DNA from: Promethearchaeota archaeon | Lineage (GTDB): Archaea; Asgardarchaeota; Lokiarchaeia; Sigyniarchaeales; SOKP01 | Length of the DNA: 64,000 bases | Assembly (NCBI GenBank): GCA_048938895.1 | Contig: JBHLLU010000015.1 | Coordinates: 17,055 to 81,054, forward strand | Direction of reading: 5' to 3' | Shown: piece by piece, positions 39,101-49,864 of the stretch | Position numbering within the stretch: the stretch's first letter is position 1 | How the letters are laid out: every line of letters starts with the position of its first letter | Translations under genes and position numbers: made by a program | The notes under the pieces: generated by a model | The model's database searches: none | What the model was told of the DNA's origin: nothing | What the model saw: only the letters and a program-made list of their open reading frames with translations

Positions 39101-40885
39101 TTAATCCTCATGTTGGAATTGTAATTTGTATAAATTGTAAAATTCCCCCTTTTGAGCGAGGAGCTCATCAAAAGTTCCTTCTTCAATGATTTTTCCTTTG
39201 TCGAGAACAATGATCCTATCTGCAGCTCGTACAGTACTTAAACGGTGTGCAATAATTATAGATGTACGATTTTCAAGCATTTTAGATAATGCACGTTGTA
39301 TTCGGAGTTCAGCTTGTGGGTCGATTGAAGAGGTTGCCTCATCTAGCAAAATAATTTTTGGATTTGTAATAAGAGCTCGAGCGAAAGAAATTAATTGTCG
39401 TTGTCCTAAAGAAAGCCAACCACCTCGTTCACCAACTTTTGTGTCAAGTCCATCAGACAAATCATAAACAAATTCAGCACTCATTAATTTCAAAACGTTT
39501 TGTATTTCTATATTAGTAGCTTCTTTTCCATAACATAAATTATATCGAATCGATTCGGAGAATAAAAATGGATCTTGAAGAACGACTCCAATTGATTTTC
39601 GTAGTGACGAGAGTGTCACATCTCTTATATCTTGCCCATCTATCAGGATGGAGCCTTCTTGAACATCATACAACCTTGAGATCAGACTAATAATTGTTGT
39701 TTTACCTGAACCAGTTTCCCCAACAATCGCTATGCATTCATTAGGGTGAATAGAGAGATCCAAATCGTCTAAAACCATAGCTTCATCTTCACCATAAGAA
39801 AATGTAACCTTTTTAAGGTCTATTTTTCCAGAATGACAATCCAACTTTTTAGCATTAGTAACCTCGGTTACTGAGGAGGGAGTATCAAGCAAAACGATAA
39901 TACGCTCAAATGCCGAAAAAGAAGTCTGGATAAGAGCATATAATCCTGCAATAATCATTAATGGTTCAAGAAATGAATTAAGATATAGGATAAAAAGAAA
40001 TAAGCTTCCTAGCGTTACAGCACCTTGAGTTTGTAATGTCATAGTTCCTCCAACAAATAAAACCAAAACAATTGTCAGTTTAGTATAAGTTTCATAAAAT
40101 GGGCTAAAGATACTACTCCAACGGAAAGCACTTAAACCTTTTTGATAATATTCTTCATTCAATTTATCAAAATCTAAACGATTATATTCATATCGTGCAA
40201 AAGATTGTGAAACTCGTGCTCCTGATATTTGCTCTGCCATTGAAGATATATATTTTGCATTAAATTCTCTATATTCATCCCATTTCTTTCGGACAAAACG
40301 TCGTTGAAAAACTGCGAATATAATAATGACAGGGAAGAGAGATAATGTTAGAAGTGTTAATGGAAGAGAAATTGACAAACAAACGATAAGTCCCCCTATT
40401 ACCATAAAAAGAGATGAAAAAGCCATTAAAAACTCCCCGGAAAGTATGGGTTGAATTGAAGCAATATCACTCGTCATTCGAGCTAGAGAATCCCCCGTTG
40501 GAGTTTTGTCAAAATAATCCATACTAATGTCTTGCAGCTTCTCATAAGTATCTCTTCTTAAGTCATGAATCGTCTTTTCACCGGCTATTAAGAGAAGCCA
40601 CCTTTGAACATACATCGGAATAATTCGTAGAACTACTACTAAAAGGTATAGAAACCCGACTATTAAAAACTCTGATCTATATCCATGAGTTACATAATTG
40701 TCAAGAATTATTTTTATCATATATGGACCTAATGAGAAAAATATAGTTTGGATAATCATCATTAATAGTGAGATCAGCATCAATTTTTTATGAACAAAGA
40801 GATATTTTAACATCTTTTTTATCAAAATTCTGTCAGAGATAGTTCTCTCGGAATTTTCTTCATAAGAAACCATTTTACGTTTCAT
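39101..40885 (-). CDS. ABC exporter, fused TM and ATPase subunit
   Basis: GETGSGKTT, LSLGQRQ, LDEATS, IAHRLST. Confidence 0.95.
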   Translation of the reverse strand: MKRKMVSYEENSERTISDRILIKKMLKYLFVHKKLMLISLLMMIIQTIFFSLGPYMIKIILDNYVTHGYRSEFLIVGFLYLLVVVLRIIPMYVQRWLLLIAGEKTIHDLRRDTYEKLQDISMDYFDKTPTGDSLARMTSDIASIQPILSGEFLMAFSSLFMVIGGLIVCLSISLPLTLLTLSLFPVIIIFAVFQRRFVRKKWDEYREFNAKYISSMAEQISGARVSQSFARYEYNRLDFDKLNEEYYQKGLSAFRWSSIFSPFYETYTKLTIVLVLFVGGTMTLQTQGAVTLGSLFLFILYLNSFLEPLMIIAGLYALIQTSFSAFERIIVLLDTPSSVTEVTNAKKLDCHSGKIDLKKVTFSYGEDEAMVLDDLDLSIHPNECIAIVGETGSGKTTIISLISRLYDVQEGSILIDGQDIRDVTLSSLRKSIGVVLQDPFLFSESIRYNLCYGKEATNIEIQNVLKLMSAEFVYDLSDGLDTKVGERGGWLSLGQRQLISFARALITNPKIILLDEATSSIDPQAELRIQRALSKMLENRTSIIIAHRLSTVRAADRIIVLDKGKIIEEGTFDELLAQKGEFYNLYKLQFQHED

Positions 40886-42683
40886 CCTCCACTTCTTCCA
40901 TTATTTCAAGATCTAAAATACCATCAACTTGTGTTTCAAAGAGACGTTTATATATACCATTCTTAGAGAGGAGATCTATATGTGTTCCTTGCTCTGCAAT
41001 AGTTCCCTTGTCCATTATTACAATCCAATCTGAGAATTTAATTGTAGAAAGTCGTTGAGTAATAAATATTGTAGTTCTATTCTTCAATAATATTTCTAAT
41101 GCATCTTGGATCTTTCTCTCTGTTTTAACATCAACTGATGATAACGCATCATCAAAGATTACAATTAATGGATCCGCGAGAAGAGCACGAGCAATTGAAA
41201 GACGTTGTCTTTGTCCTCCACTTAAGGTTACTCCTCGCTCTCCAATTATAGTATTATATCCCTCAGGAAGACTTTCAATGAAATCATGAATTTGAGATAT
41301 TTTTGCAATTTGAATAATTTCTTCTTTTGTCGCTTGAGGATTTCCAAATGCGATATTTTCTTCTATTGTTCTCGAGAAGAGAAATGTTTCTTGATCACAA
41401 AAACCAATTCTTTTCCGTATTGATTCTAACTTCAAGTTCCGAACATCTATACCATCAATCTTGACAGCCCCATTCGTCACATCGTAGAACCTGGGAATTA
41501 AATTGATCAAGGAACTCTTCCCGGACCCTGTTCCTCCCAAGAGGGCAATAGTGCTTCCCGCAGGAATTGATAAGGTAATCCCCTCTAACACTGGTTCTTC
41601 CCTATATCCAAAACTCACATCTTCAAATCGAATTTCACCTTTTCCATCATCAGGTAAATTGATCGCCTTTGGATCATCCAATATAACGGGAACATTTTCA
41701 ATCACCTGAAATATCCTTGTTCCAAGTGCCTGACCTTGGCCTAATACGACTCCAAGACGGGTTATATGATTTATCGGGACGAAAAGACGTCCGGAAAGTC
41801 CAATGGCTGCAATAAGTGCTCCTACCGTCATTTTATTATCCATAACTAAGGTTCCCCCTAATAATATTACTATTGAAACTAATACCCCCCCAATTAAAAG
41901 CATTTGAGGCCAAATCGCTGCCTGATATTTATGTGCTTTTATCATAAAATCACGATATTGAGAATTATCTCTATCAAATCTTACTAGATCTTTTTGTCTT
42001 GCGTCAAATACTCGTGAAACAATCGCTCCTGCAATATTCTCCTGCATTACTTTGTTAAGCATGCCAATTTGTCTTCGAGCATCAAAATATAATGGCCAGA
42101 ATTTCTTCTTAAAATTCCTTGTTGTAAACCACATTAAAGGTAAAAAAATTAAACTGATGATTCCAATTAAAGTGTTGGTAGTAAATAACAATAATAATAG
42201 TAAGGTAAATTCGGATACCATTAACGTTCCATTAATTGGTATAGCAAAAAAGAAATCTGCAACTATGCCTATATCAGACGTGGACCGGGAAATGATTTCA
42301 CCAGTACTGTGATCACCAAAATATTTGTGAGATTGTCTTTGAAGTGAGTCAAATACATCTTCCCGGAGTTTTTTAAATATACCCTGATGTAAATTCCCCA
42401 CAAAAAGAAATGCAAAGCCTTGAGCAAGGAATCCGGATAATGCTATAAAGATGAGAAGTAATAAGTATAATATAATTTTTATACTAGAACTTTCAAGATT
42501 TTCTAGACTTTCGTATAAAGCATCGAAGGCTAGACCTGTTACATATGGTGTGCTTGACCACACAATGCCCCAAACAGCAGTACAAACTATTACCAAGAGC
42601 ATGGTACCCTTTTTTGACGAAAAGTACCCGAACATTTTTTGAAGAGTGTTTTTTTCTCCATCCTTGATTTTCACTTTTCTCAC
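40875..42683 (-). CDS. ABC exporter, fused TM and ATPase subunit (degenerate-site partner of a heterodimer)
   Basis: GGTGSGKSS, LSGGQRQ, degenerate FDD Walker B and ITQR switch; 11 bp overlap with the partner gene. Confidence 0.95.
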   Translation of the reverse strand: MRKVKIKDGEKNTLQKMFGYFSSKKGTMLLVIVCTAVWGIVWSSTPYVTGLAFDALYESLENLESSSIKIILYLLLLIFIALSGFLAQGFAFLFVGNLHQGIFKKLREDVFDSLQRQSHKYFGDHSTGEIISRSTSDIGIVADFFFAIPINGTLMVSEFTLLLLLLFTTNTLIGIISLIFLPLMWFTTRNFKKKFWPLYFDARRQIGMLNKVMQENIAGAIVSRVFDARQKDLVRFDRDNSQYRDFMIKAHKYQAAIWPQMLLIGGVLVSIVILLGGTLVMDNKMTVGALIAAIGLSGRLFVPINHITRLGVVLGQGQALGTRIFQVIENVPVILDDPKAINLPDDGKGEIRFEDVSFGYREEPVLEGITLSIPAGSTIALLGGTGSGKSSLINLIPRFYDVTNGAVKIDGIDVRNLKLESIRKRIGFCDQETFLFSRTIEENIAFGNPQATKEEIIQIAKISQIHDFIESLPEGYNTIIGERGVTLSGGQRQRLSIARALLADPLIVIFDDALSSVDVKTERKIQDALEILLKNRTTIFITQRLSTIKFSDWIVIMDKGTIAEQGTHIDLLSKNGIYKRLFETQVDGILDLEIMEEVEDET

Positions 42684-43023
42684 CCCCTGTAAAGCTTATT
42701 TCTATATAGAACTAGTTTTACAGAATGTAAATGAAAATAAAATAATATTTGGAATAAATTACATTTTATAATGGATCTGTTAAGTAATATACTAGAACCA
42801 TTAAATATTTAAATTTTTACATTCTTCATGGGATAGTGCATAGTTCCTTTATTATCTAACCGAAAGATTTAAATAATATCCGTCCCTATTATAATTTAAG
42901 GAATAAAATTTACGTTTTATAACTTGTTCTTCTTTTTCTCTGTTATCATCAAAATTCAATAAATGAATAAAAATTAATGTTAATTTAAATCTAAACTTTT
43001 TAAAATCTAGGTTAAAAAATTAA

Positions 43024-44757
43024 TTATTCTTGCTTTTCAATATAATCTAAATTATCCATTAATGATCTTAATTTAAGAGCTTTTGATCCTCCAGAAATTT
43101 GAATATTTACTAATGAGTCATCTTTTGTCCCGGTCACATTAATTTCTATTAAAAGGTCTTCTGTCCGAATTTGTTTTGTCTGTCTTTGATTAAATGCATC
43201 CTTAAAAGGTTGATCCAAATCAGAAAATTCAGCAACTATGTCTGCCCAGACATCTTTCCAATAAGAAAACTTTATTATATAATCAGTAACAGTCTGTTTG
43301 TAAAGCTCATGATTACACCATTCGATCAAATCTCCTCTATTTGGAAAGTCAATTTTTTCCAAAAGATTATTTCTTATTTCCGCTAATTTATTAATATCCC
43401 CTTTCTTCGCCGCATCCTTTATTTCTTGAGCAATAGGAGGGTAATTTTTATTATTTACTGAATTTATAAATGGAATTAAATCAAATTTTACAATCAAATC
43501 GTTTTTTTCAAATTTCTTAATTTCTGTTAAGTCGCTTTCTTTAGAATTTCCTTCTCGAAATCGCTCAGTAATTTCATAACTTGGTTCTCTGTTTTTAAAT
43601 CGCTTTTGAATTAATTTCAACATATTCTCGGAAAATGCATATTTATTTCCAAAATATGGAGATTTATCTAACTCTCTTTTTACATAAACAGCTCGATGTG
43701 AAATTACATAAGGAGCAATAGTATTTACAATATTGATATCAACTATACTAATACCTAATAACCATGCTAAGGCTTTCGAGTATCTCAATAAATCTTTTGC
43801 TACACGTACACTTAAGATTGTATCAATTTTATTACAGATATTTTGAGCTGTATCAAAATGACACCCGGAACATAAACCTGTGCTTGGTTTTAAATCTTCT
43901 GTGTTACCCTTGTCGACTCTCGAACATAACGTAAATTCTCTGATTATAGCATGAATGTAATTATTAACCTCTGGAGAAAAAGATACTCTGTTAACATAGT
44001 ACCAAATTTCCATTAACTCATCAATAGTTAAAACCTTAGGAACTTGGATTAATTCATCAAATCCAGAATATTTTTCATCCTTACCTGCTAAAATCAATTG
44101 TAAATCATGACTCGCAGGCATTGCAATTGGAACTGAAACTCCAAATCTATCTAGGAACGGTTGAGATAGTTCAAATGTTCCTATATCATTTGGATTTATT
44201 GTAGCATAAAGGCAGTATTTATTAATTGTTGTTATTGAATCATAATATTTTACTGTACCTTCAGCGAGAAGGGAAAGGAGTATATCTTGAGCATATGGAG
44301 TAAGTCGATTTACCTCATCAATAATTTTCCAAAAATTTGTAACAAATTGCCTCCATACAACTTCTTCTTCTCCCTCTTTCATTAATTTTCCCAATTTTAA
44401 AGTTCCAATTAGTTTCTCCTCAGTTAATTGTGGATGTCCTCTAATTATCGAACTTTCTATTTCATTAAGTGAAATTGCCGTAAACATCCGACCTAAAATT
44501 TTGGTGAGACTCGTTTTTCCGCCACCGTGGCCACCGATTAAGAGCATAGCGGAATTAGGGACGATGGCATTTAATATGCATAAAGTTAATATTTCAGGTA
44601 AAGATCTTGATTGGACTTTTTTAGTACTTTCTATAGCATATTTGATGTTTAATTCTTTATAGTGAACAAAAAGTTGATTCGCTTGAATTAAATTGATAAT
44701 TCTCCAAATTTTTTTCCTTAAAATTTCATCTTCCCTTAGATTTGTCGGCATATACAC
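43024..44757 (-). CDS. MoxR-like AAA+ ATPase
   Basis: GGHGGGKT, IIDEVNR, ATINP, FLDRF, SVR. Confidence 0.85.
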   Translation of the reverse strand: MYMPTNLREDEILRKKIWRIINLIQANQLFVHYKELNIKYAIESTKKVQSRSLPEILTLCILNAIVPNSAMLLIGGHGGGKTSLTKILGRMFTAISLNEIESSIIRGHPQLTEEKLIGTLKLGKLMKEGEEEVVWRQFVTNFWKIIDEVNRLTPYAQDILLSLLAEGTVKYYDSITTINKYCLYATINPNDIGTFELSQPFLDRFGVSVPIAMPASHDLQLILAGKDEKYSGFDELIQVPKVLTIDELMEIWYYVNRVSFSPEVNNYIHAIIREFTLCSRVDKGNTEDLKPSTGLCSGCHFDTAQNICNKIDTILSVRVAKDLLRYSKALAWLLGISIVDINIVNTIAPYVISHRAVYVKRELDKSPYFGNKYAFSENMLKLIQKRFKNREPSYEITERFREGNSKESDLTEIKKFEKNDLIVKFDLIPFINSVNNKNYPPIAQEIKDAAKKGDINKLAEIRNNLLEKIDFPNRGDLIEWCNHELYKQTVTDYIIKFSYWKDVWADIVAEFSDLDQPFKDAFNQRQTKQIRTEDLLIEINVTGTKDDSLVNIQISGGSKALKLRSLMDNLDYIEKQE

Positions 44758-44817
44758 TATTCTCTTCAGATTTTCAATATTAAATAAGAAGCAGTATGAA
44801 TATATAATTTTTTTGGA

Positions 44818-45510
44818 TTATAATTTAAGAATTTCATCTAACCTTTCGATAATATAATCTGGTTGGAATTTCCATTTAGAAATTTCCTTAGTTGACCTGA
44901 ATTTACTTCTATTTATCAGACATGCAGAAATATTTGCTTTTTTGGCAGCAATGATATCAGAAATAGAATCTCCAATCATTAAGGCTCTATGAATATTTTG
45001 ATCATATTCAAATTTCTTCAAGATTGACAAAATTCCACTAGGAGAAGGTTTTGCGAGCTTTTCGTCATTCTTTGAACCCATACTAAAGATTTCATGAAAA
45101 TAGGAAGAAATATTAAACTGTTTTATAATAAAATCTACAACATAATCAGCAGTATTAGAGACTATGGCAATTTTTTTATCCTCTTTATGATTATAAATTT
45201 TTTTTAATACTTCCTCAACCTCCTCAAACAATGAAATTTTATTTTGACTATACATGATTTTTCGATGTTTAAAATCAACTTTATCAAAATATTCCCAAAA
45301 TTTATTGGCTTGAGGAACCTCCCATTTATTCAAGATTTCAATATAATTATCACCAGAACCCCAAAATTGACGTCTTTCATGTTTGTCTGGGATATTGGGA
45401 GTTTTTAAATTAATTAATGTTTCTTCTAAGAGCATATCAGCATAAGGACCTATATCCCCAAGATTAAGCAGAGTCCCATCTAAATCAAATAAAAAAACAT
45501 CAAATTTCAT
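44818..45510 (-). CDS. HAD-superfamily hydrolase (phosphoglycolate phosphatase-like)
   Basis: FDLDGTL, IVSN, KPSP, IGDSISD. Confidence 0.92.
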   Translation of the reverse strand: MKFDVFLFDLDGTLLNLGDIGPYADMLLEETLINLKTPNIPDKHERRQFWGSGDNYIEILNKWEVPQANKFWEYFDKVDFKHRKIMYSQNKISLFEEVEEVLKKIYNHKEDKKIAIVSNTADYVVDFIIKQFNISSYFHEIFSMGSKNDEKLAKPSPSGILSILKKFEYDQNIHRALMIGDSISDIIAAKKANISACLINRSKFRSTKEISKWKFQPDYIIERLDEILKL

Positions 45511-45528
45511 GAGGTGTTCATGTTTGTT

Positions 45529-45882
45529 TCAAAAATACCCTATATGACCTAAATTGTTTTTATTTTCATCCAAGGCATAAACCATTCCCATTGATAAAGG
45601 TTCTTCATCTGTCTCCTTGGTTGATTTTGCTACTTTTTTCAAAGTGACCAGTTTTAAGATAAAAGTTCCATTACATTTTTTACATTTAATATAAATTTCT
45701 TTCGTATGCTTCTTTTCATCTTCATATTCTTCTTTCTTAAAAGGTTCGAGTAGATCTGGATTTTCATTGTTACAATTAACCAAAAAACATTGATCAAGTG
45801 AAATCTTCTCCATTCCTCTTCGTGCGAGAGCAATATAAGCATGACTTGGTATTTCTTCCATTAATTCTTTAGAATCTGTCAT
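45529..45882 (-). CDS. Hypothetical zinc-binding protein
   Basis: CFLVNC and CKKC pairs. Confidence 0.65.
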   Translation of the reverse strand: MTDSKELMEEIPSHAYIALARRGMEKISLDQCFLVNCNNENPDLLEPFKKEEYEDEKKHTKEIYIKCKKCNGTFILKLVTLKKVAKSTKETDEEPLSMGMVYALDENKNNLGHIGYF

Positions 45883-46025
45883 AATTATTTAATAAAAAGG
45901 GTCTAAATAATTCTTATTTTTATATTATATAGAAGTTACTGGAAATCAATTTATAAAAGTTACCTAAAATCTATCATTAGGTTGTCAAATGGTTAAGCTT
46001 AATTAAGTTTTAAATTTATACTTAT

Positions 46026-46343
46026 TTGAATAATACTATGACGAAAAAAGAAGAATTTACCAAGGAAACAATTGAACATCTCTCTAAATTATCATTACTC
46101 AACTTATCTGAGGAGGAAAAAGAAAACCTTTCTAAACAACTTGGGGATATCCTAAGTTATTTTAAGAAATTAGACGATTTAGATACAACTAATGTTGCTC
46201 CTACTACACATCCAATTAAAGGATTAGTGAATGTTTTTAGAGAGGATGAGCCAAGAGAGTCTCTTTCAAATGAAGAAGCTACAAAAAATACAAAGCATAA
46301 ACAAGACGGGTATTTCAAAGCTCCAAGGATATTAAAAAAATAG
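46026..46343 (+). CDS. gatC: Asp-tRNA(Asn)/Glu-tRNA(Gln) amidotransferase subunit C
   Basis: IEHLSKLSLL.LSEEE, LDTTNVAPT, NVFRED, YFKAPRI. Confidence 0.92.
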   Translation: MNNTMTKKEEFTKETIEHLSKLSLLNLSEEEKENLSKQLGDILSYFKKLDDLDTTNVAPTTHPIKGLVNVFREDEPRESLSNEEATKNTKHKQDGYFKAPRILKK

Positions 46344-46356
46344 ACTTAATTGATTA

Positions 46357-47349
46357 CTACTTTTTATATTCATCAGTTAATTTCCTTATAGCTCCCGCCA
46401 TATCTCGAAGGGCTTGTCTTCTTTCCGTGGGAGTCATATTATCAAAATCATCACCCACATCTGAGCCAATTGTAGAAGCCATAACTTGGAATTTTTTGTA
46501 AACTAATCCACCAATATAACGATCATAATAAGATAATGCCTTCTCTAGTTTTGGATCATCTTTTATTTCTTCCCATAGTTCTAAAGTTTCCAGTGATTTT
46601 ATCCCTAAATCTATTCGAAACCAACTAATTGGAAAAAGTAATTGCCTTTCAATTCCCATATCAATAATTTCAAGATTTTCTTCGTCAATGTAGAGTTCTG
46701 GAATTACATCTTCCTTAAAAACGATATTATCACTCATGATATAAAGATTAGCAGCACCACGCGATGTACAAACTATCCCTGTAGCAAAACCCCTGGCCAA
46801 TCTTAAACTATCTGCGTAATCTTCTAACTTTGTACCAGTTAAATGAAGATTTACTTTTTTAGTTCCTTGAAATTCAAGTTTAATTTTCTTACTTCCTTTT
46901 GCATCGGATAAAATCTGTGGAAATAGTTCTTTATCTCGAGTCTTCTTATGTGCTTCAAGTAGTTTATTAATAATCTGATAATCTAATTTTAATCCAGGAA
47001 TTATAGTATTTTGATTAAGAAAAGCATCGACTTCAAAATCAACAATACCATAAAAGAGTCTCAGTTTATTCATTATATTGTAAATACTATCCACTATAGT
47101 TTTTACTAATTCTTCGGGATCTTCACGAACAGAATCGTATTCTTTTGTTTCAAACGTATCTATTTGGTCCTGTAGCCCTTCTTCTTGATAAAATGCACCC
47201 CAACTTAATTCACTAAAAATAGAACCTTCAGCATAGAGATTATGAAATTGGTCTATACTTAGAATGCTCTTAGAACCTCCTAACTCAACTCCCAACTTAG
47301 ATCCAGAGGCTAATATCGCAGATGGTGCATTGTAAAATTCAATTGGCAA
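46357..47349 (-). CDS. Hypothetical protein
   Basis: 330 aa ORF with protein-like composition; no family recognised. Confidence 0.7.
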   Translation of the reverse strand: MPIEFYNAPSAILASGSKLGVELGGSKSILSIDQFHNLYAEGSIFSELSWGAFYQEEGLQDQIDTFETKEYDSVREDPEELVKTIVDSIYNIMNKLRLFYGIVDFEVDAFLNQNTIIPGLKLDYQIINKLLEAHKKTRDKELFPQILSDAKGSKKIKLEFQGTKKVNLHLTGTKLEDYADSLRLARGFATGIVCTSRGAANLYIMSDNIVFKEDVIPELYIDEENLEIIDMGIERQLLFPISWFRIDLGIKSLETLELWEEIKDDPKLEKALSYYDRYIGGLVYKKFQVMASTIGSDVGDDFDNMTPTERRQALRDMAGAIRKLTDEYKK

Positions 47350-47495
47350 CTATCGACACTTATTTAGTCAAGTCTTAATTTAATATCTTTCAAATGATAA
47401 TAGAAAGAATTTATATAAATAATTAGTGGGAATAATATCCAGAAACTTTAGAATAAGTATTTAACTTTTATTTATTTCTTATACAATTTTGTTGC

Positions 47496-49004
47496 TTAAT
47501 TTGAAAAAGATCGCTTTTGTCGAAATTCAGCATATCTAGTTAACATTGCCATGCATTTTGTAGGTTGATCCCAAAGTGAAAAAATTGGGATATCAGATGA
47601 AATAAATTTCTGCATCCAAGGAGAACTATACAAAATAGGTCCAGCATAAAAAACTGGAATCTGATTTTTTTCCATTAGTTTTTTTATAGGTTTTATAACT
47701 ACAATATCCATTAAATTTTTCATTTGCTTCATTTGATCATCTACTTTTCCACCAGATCTCTCAACTACATTCATAACTTCATCAAAATCATAGATACCAA
47801 AAACAATAACACTATCCACCTCCCCAGATTTAATTAAGATTTTCGGAAATTTAATTAACATATTCAAGAAATTTTCATGAAAAGTAGCATCAATTGGATT
47901 AGTAGCACTAGCAGTATGAGGTAAATCATCAGAAAATTTCTCTTGTAATTGTTTAGAAAATTCAGGAACTTCTAACCCGTATATCTCCGCGGTTTTTGTC
48001 ATCATTGCACCTGGTCCACCTGAGTCAGTTATTATACCAACACGGTTTCCCTTAGGAAATATCTTATATTTTTGAGCCTGAGATAACGTTCTAAGGTAGT
48101 AAAGGAAATCTAATACAGAGTTCGTTGAAATGATACCTGTTTCCTTAAACATCGCCTCATAAATCTTTTCATCTCCGCTTATAGACCCTGTATGAGACAT
48201 GATAGATCTTGCAGCACCATTGGTTCCTCCCGCATAAATTGCAACTATTGGTTTTTTTAAGGAAATTTCTTTAGTTAATTCGATAAATCTTTTACCTCTC
48301 TTTATCTCTTCAATATAAAGTCCGATAACATCAGTTTGAGGATCATTTTTGAAATATTCCAATAGATCAACCAAGTCAATATTTCTCTCGTTGCCAACTG
48401 ATATTGATTTCCCAATATTTACACCCATATCATTCGTATACCACGCTGTTTGAGCTGCAACAGTACCTGACTGGCTTACAATTGAGATTTTACCTCTTTT
48501 GTGTGGAAGATATATCCAAAAGGTGTTAAGATATGAATTATGTTTCTCAGGATATCCATACCATCCATTAAATACTCCCAAGCAATTTGGACCTATAAAT
48601 CTCATATTGTATTTCTTTGCTAATATATCAATCTGATTAGATAAATCAATTCCATCAGAACCTATTTCTCGGAATCCTCCTGAAGTTATAATCAAATTCT
48701 TAATACCTTTTTGACCGCATTCTTCCATTACTTCAGGAACAACTCTTGTAGGTAATATTATAAATGCTAAATCTGGAGTTTCAGGGATGTCAAATACTGA
48801 TTTATAAGATTTTAAACCTTGAATACGGTTTAATCTAGGATGAACAGGAAATATTTGCTCATACCCCCCACCAGTAATAATATTATGAAGCTGCATTGAG
48901 CCCATGGTACCCAATAGATTGTTATTAGCTCCAAAAACACAGATCTTCTTAGGATTTAAAATTTGCTCAATAAAATTTTCTTTGTGAGATTTTAAGTCAT
49001 TCAT
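47496..49004 (-). CDS. Acyl-CoA synthetase (ADP-forming), alpha subunit
   Basis: GGFREIG, IGPNCLG, SQSG, SVGN, LYIE, SHTGS (phospho-His), SGGPG, NPID. Confidence 0.9.
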   Translation of the reverse strand: MNDLKSHKENFIEQILNPKKICVFGANNNLLGTMGSMQLHNIITGGGYEQIFPVHPRLNRIQGLKSYKSVFDIPETPDLAFIILPTRVVPEVMEECGQKGIKNLIITSGGFREIGSDGIDLSNQIDILAKKYNMRFIGPNCLGVFNGWYGYPEKHNSYLNTFWIYLPHKRGKISIVSQSGTVAAQTAWYTNDMGVNIGKSISVGNERNIDLVDLLEYFKNDPQTDVIGLYIEEIKRGKRFIELTKEISLKKPIVAIYAGGTNGAARSIMSHTGSISGDEKIYEAMFKETGIISTNSVLDFLYYLRTLSQAQKYKIFPKGNRVGIITDSGGPGAMMTKTAEIYGLEVPEFSKQLQEKFSDDLPHTASATNPIDATFHENFLNMLIKFPKILIKSGEVDSVIVFGIYDFDEVMNVVERSGGKVDDQMKQMKNLMDIVVIKPIKKLMEKNQIPVFYAGPILYSSPWMQKFISSDIPIFSLWDQPTKCMAMLTRYAEFRQKRSFSN

Positions 49005-49024
49005 AATTATATTATATCCTGAAC

Positions 49025-49201
49025 CTAACTTCTAAGAAAGGAAATAAAAAAAGGAATAATAGTTTTTCCATTAAAAGAAGTTAATCTCACTCCTTCAAAT
49101 TCATCTTGACAGAGAGTTTGTAACTCCCTATAATTTAGCTTTCCTCCCCTTTCTTTAAGTTTTTCGATTATAAAATTCTCTTCATGAGTTAATTCTGACA
49201 T
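49025..49201 (-). CDS. Small winged-helix-like protein, 58 aa, possibly truncated (not in ORF track)
   Basis: Manual translation MSELTHEENFIIEKLKERGGKLNYRELQTLCQDEFEGVRLTSFNGKTIIPFFISFLRS; GAGAGGG upstream. Confidence 0.6.
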   Translation of the reverse strand: MSELTHEENFIIEKLKERGGKLNYRELQTLCQDEFEGVRLTSFNGKTIIPFFISFLRS

Positions 49202-49234
49202 TATGACCCTCTCTTAAACAAAATTATACATTTA

Positions 49235-49744
49235 TTATTCTTTTCCTGTAGATCCAAATCCTCCTAATCCTCTTTCAGATTGTGATAATGCTTCTGTTTC
49301 TAAAAACTCATACTCATGAATTTTTCCCAGAATAATTTGACAAATTCGTTCTCCCTTTTTCAAAATTACCTCTTTATTTGAGAGGTTTACTACAATAGCC
49401 ATCCATTCATTTCGATAACCTGAGTCAATGGTTCCCGGAGAATTCACAATAGATATTCCTTCCCATAGAGCCAAACCACTTCTAGGAACAACTCTAAAGT
49501 AATATCCTTGAGGAATGGCTGTAGAAAACCCAAGAGGGCAACCTATTCTCTCTAAAGGTTTTAGTACATAAGAATCAGTTTCAATATCTTCTAATTCTTT
49601 CTTATCTCCTTCAATATTTATCTTTTTAAAACCCATTATCCTCGCATCTGCTCCTGCATCACCAGGTTTAGAAAGTTTTGGAATTTCTGTGTTTATTCTT
49701 AATAATTTAATGGGGATAACTATTTTTTCCTTATCCTTACTCAT
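49235..49744 (-). CDS. dut: Trimeric dUTP diphosphatase
   Basis: DAGAD, PRSGLA, NSPGTIDSGYR, GERICQ, RGLGGFGSTG. Confidence 0.96.
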   Translation of the reverse strand: MSKDKEKIVIPIKLLRINTEIPKLSKPGDAGADARIMGFKKINIEGDKKELEDIETDSYVLKPLERIGCPLGFSTAIPQGYYFRVVPRSGLALWEGISIVNSPGTIDSGYRNEWMAIVVNLSNKEVILKKGERICQIILGKIHEYEFLETEALSQSERGLGGFGSTGKE

Positions 49745-49864
49745 TATATATCAAATTTAATTAGTTAAAATTCTAAAAAAGAGTAACTATTAAGCAATAA
49801 TTAAGGATGAATAGAAAAAAAATCTTATACAATCATTCATTAACTCACAAAAATTAGTTAACTT

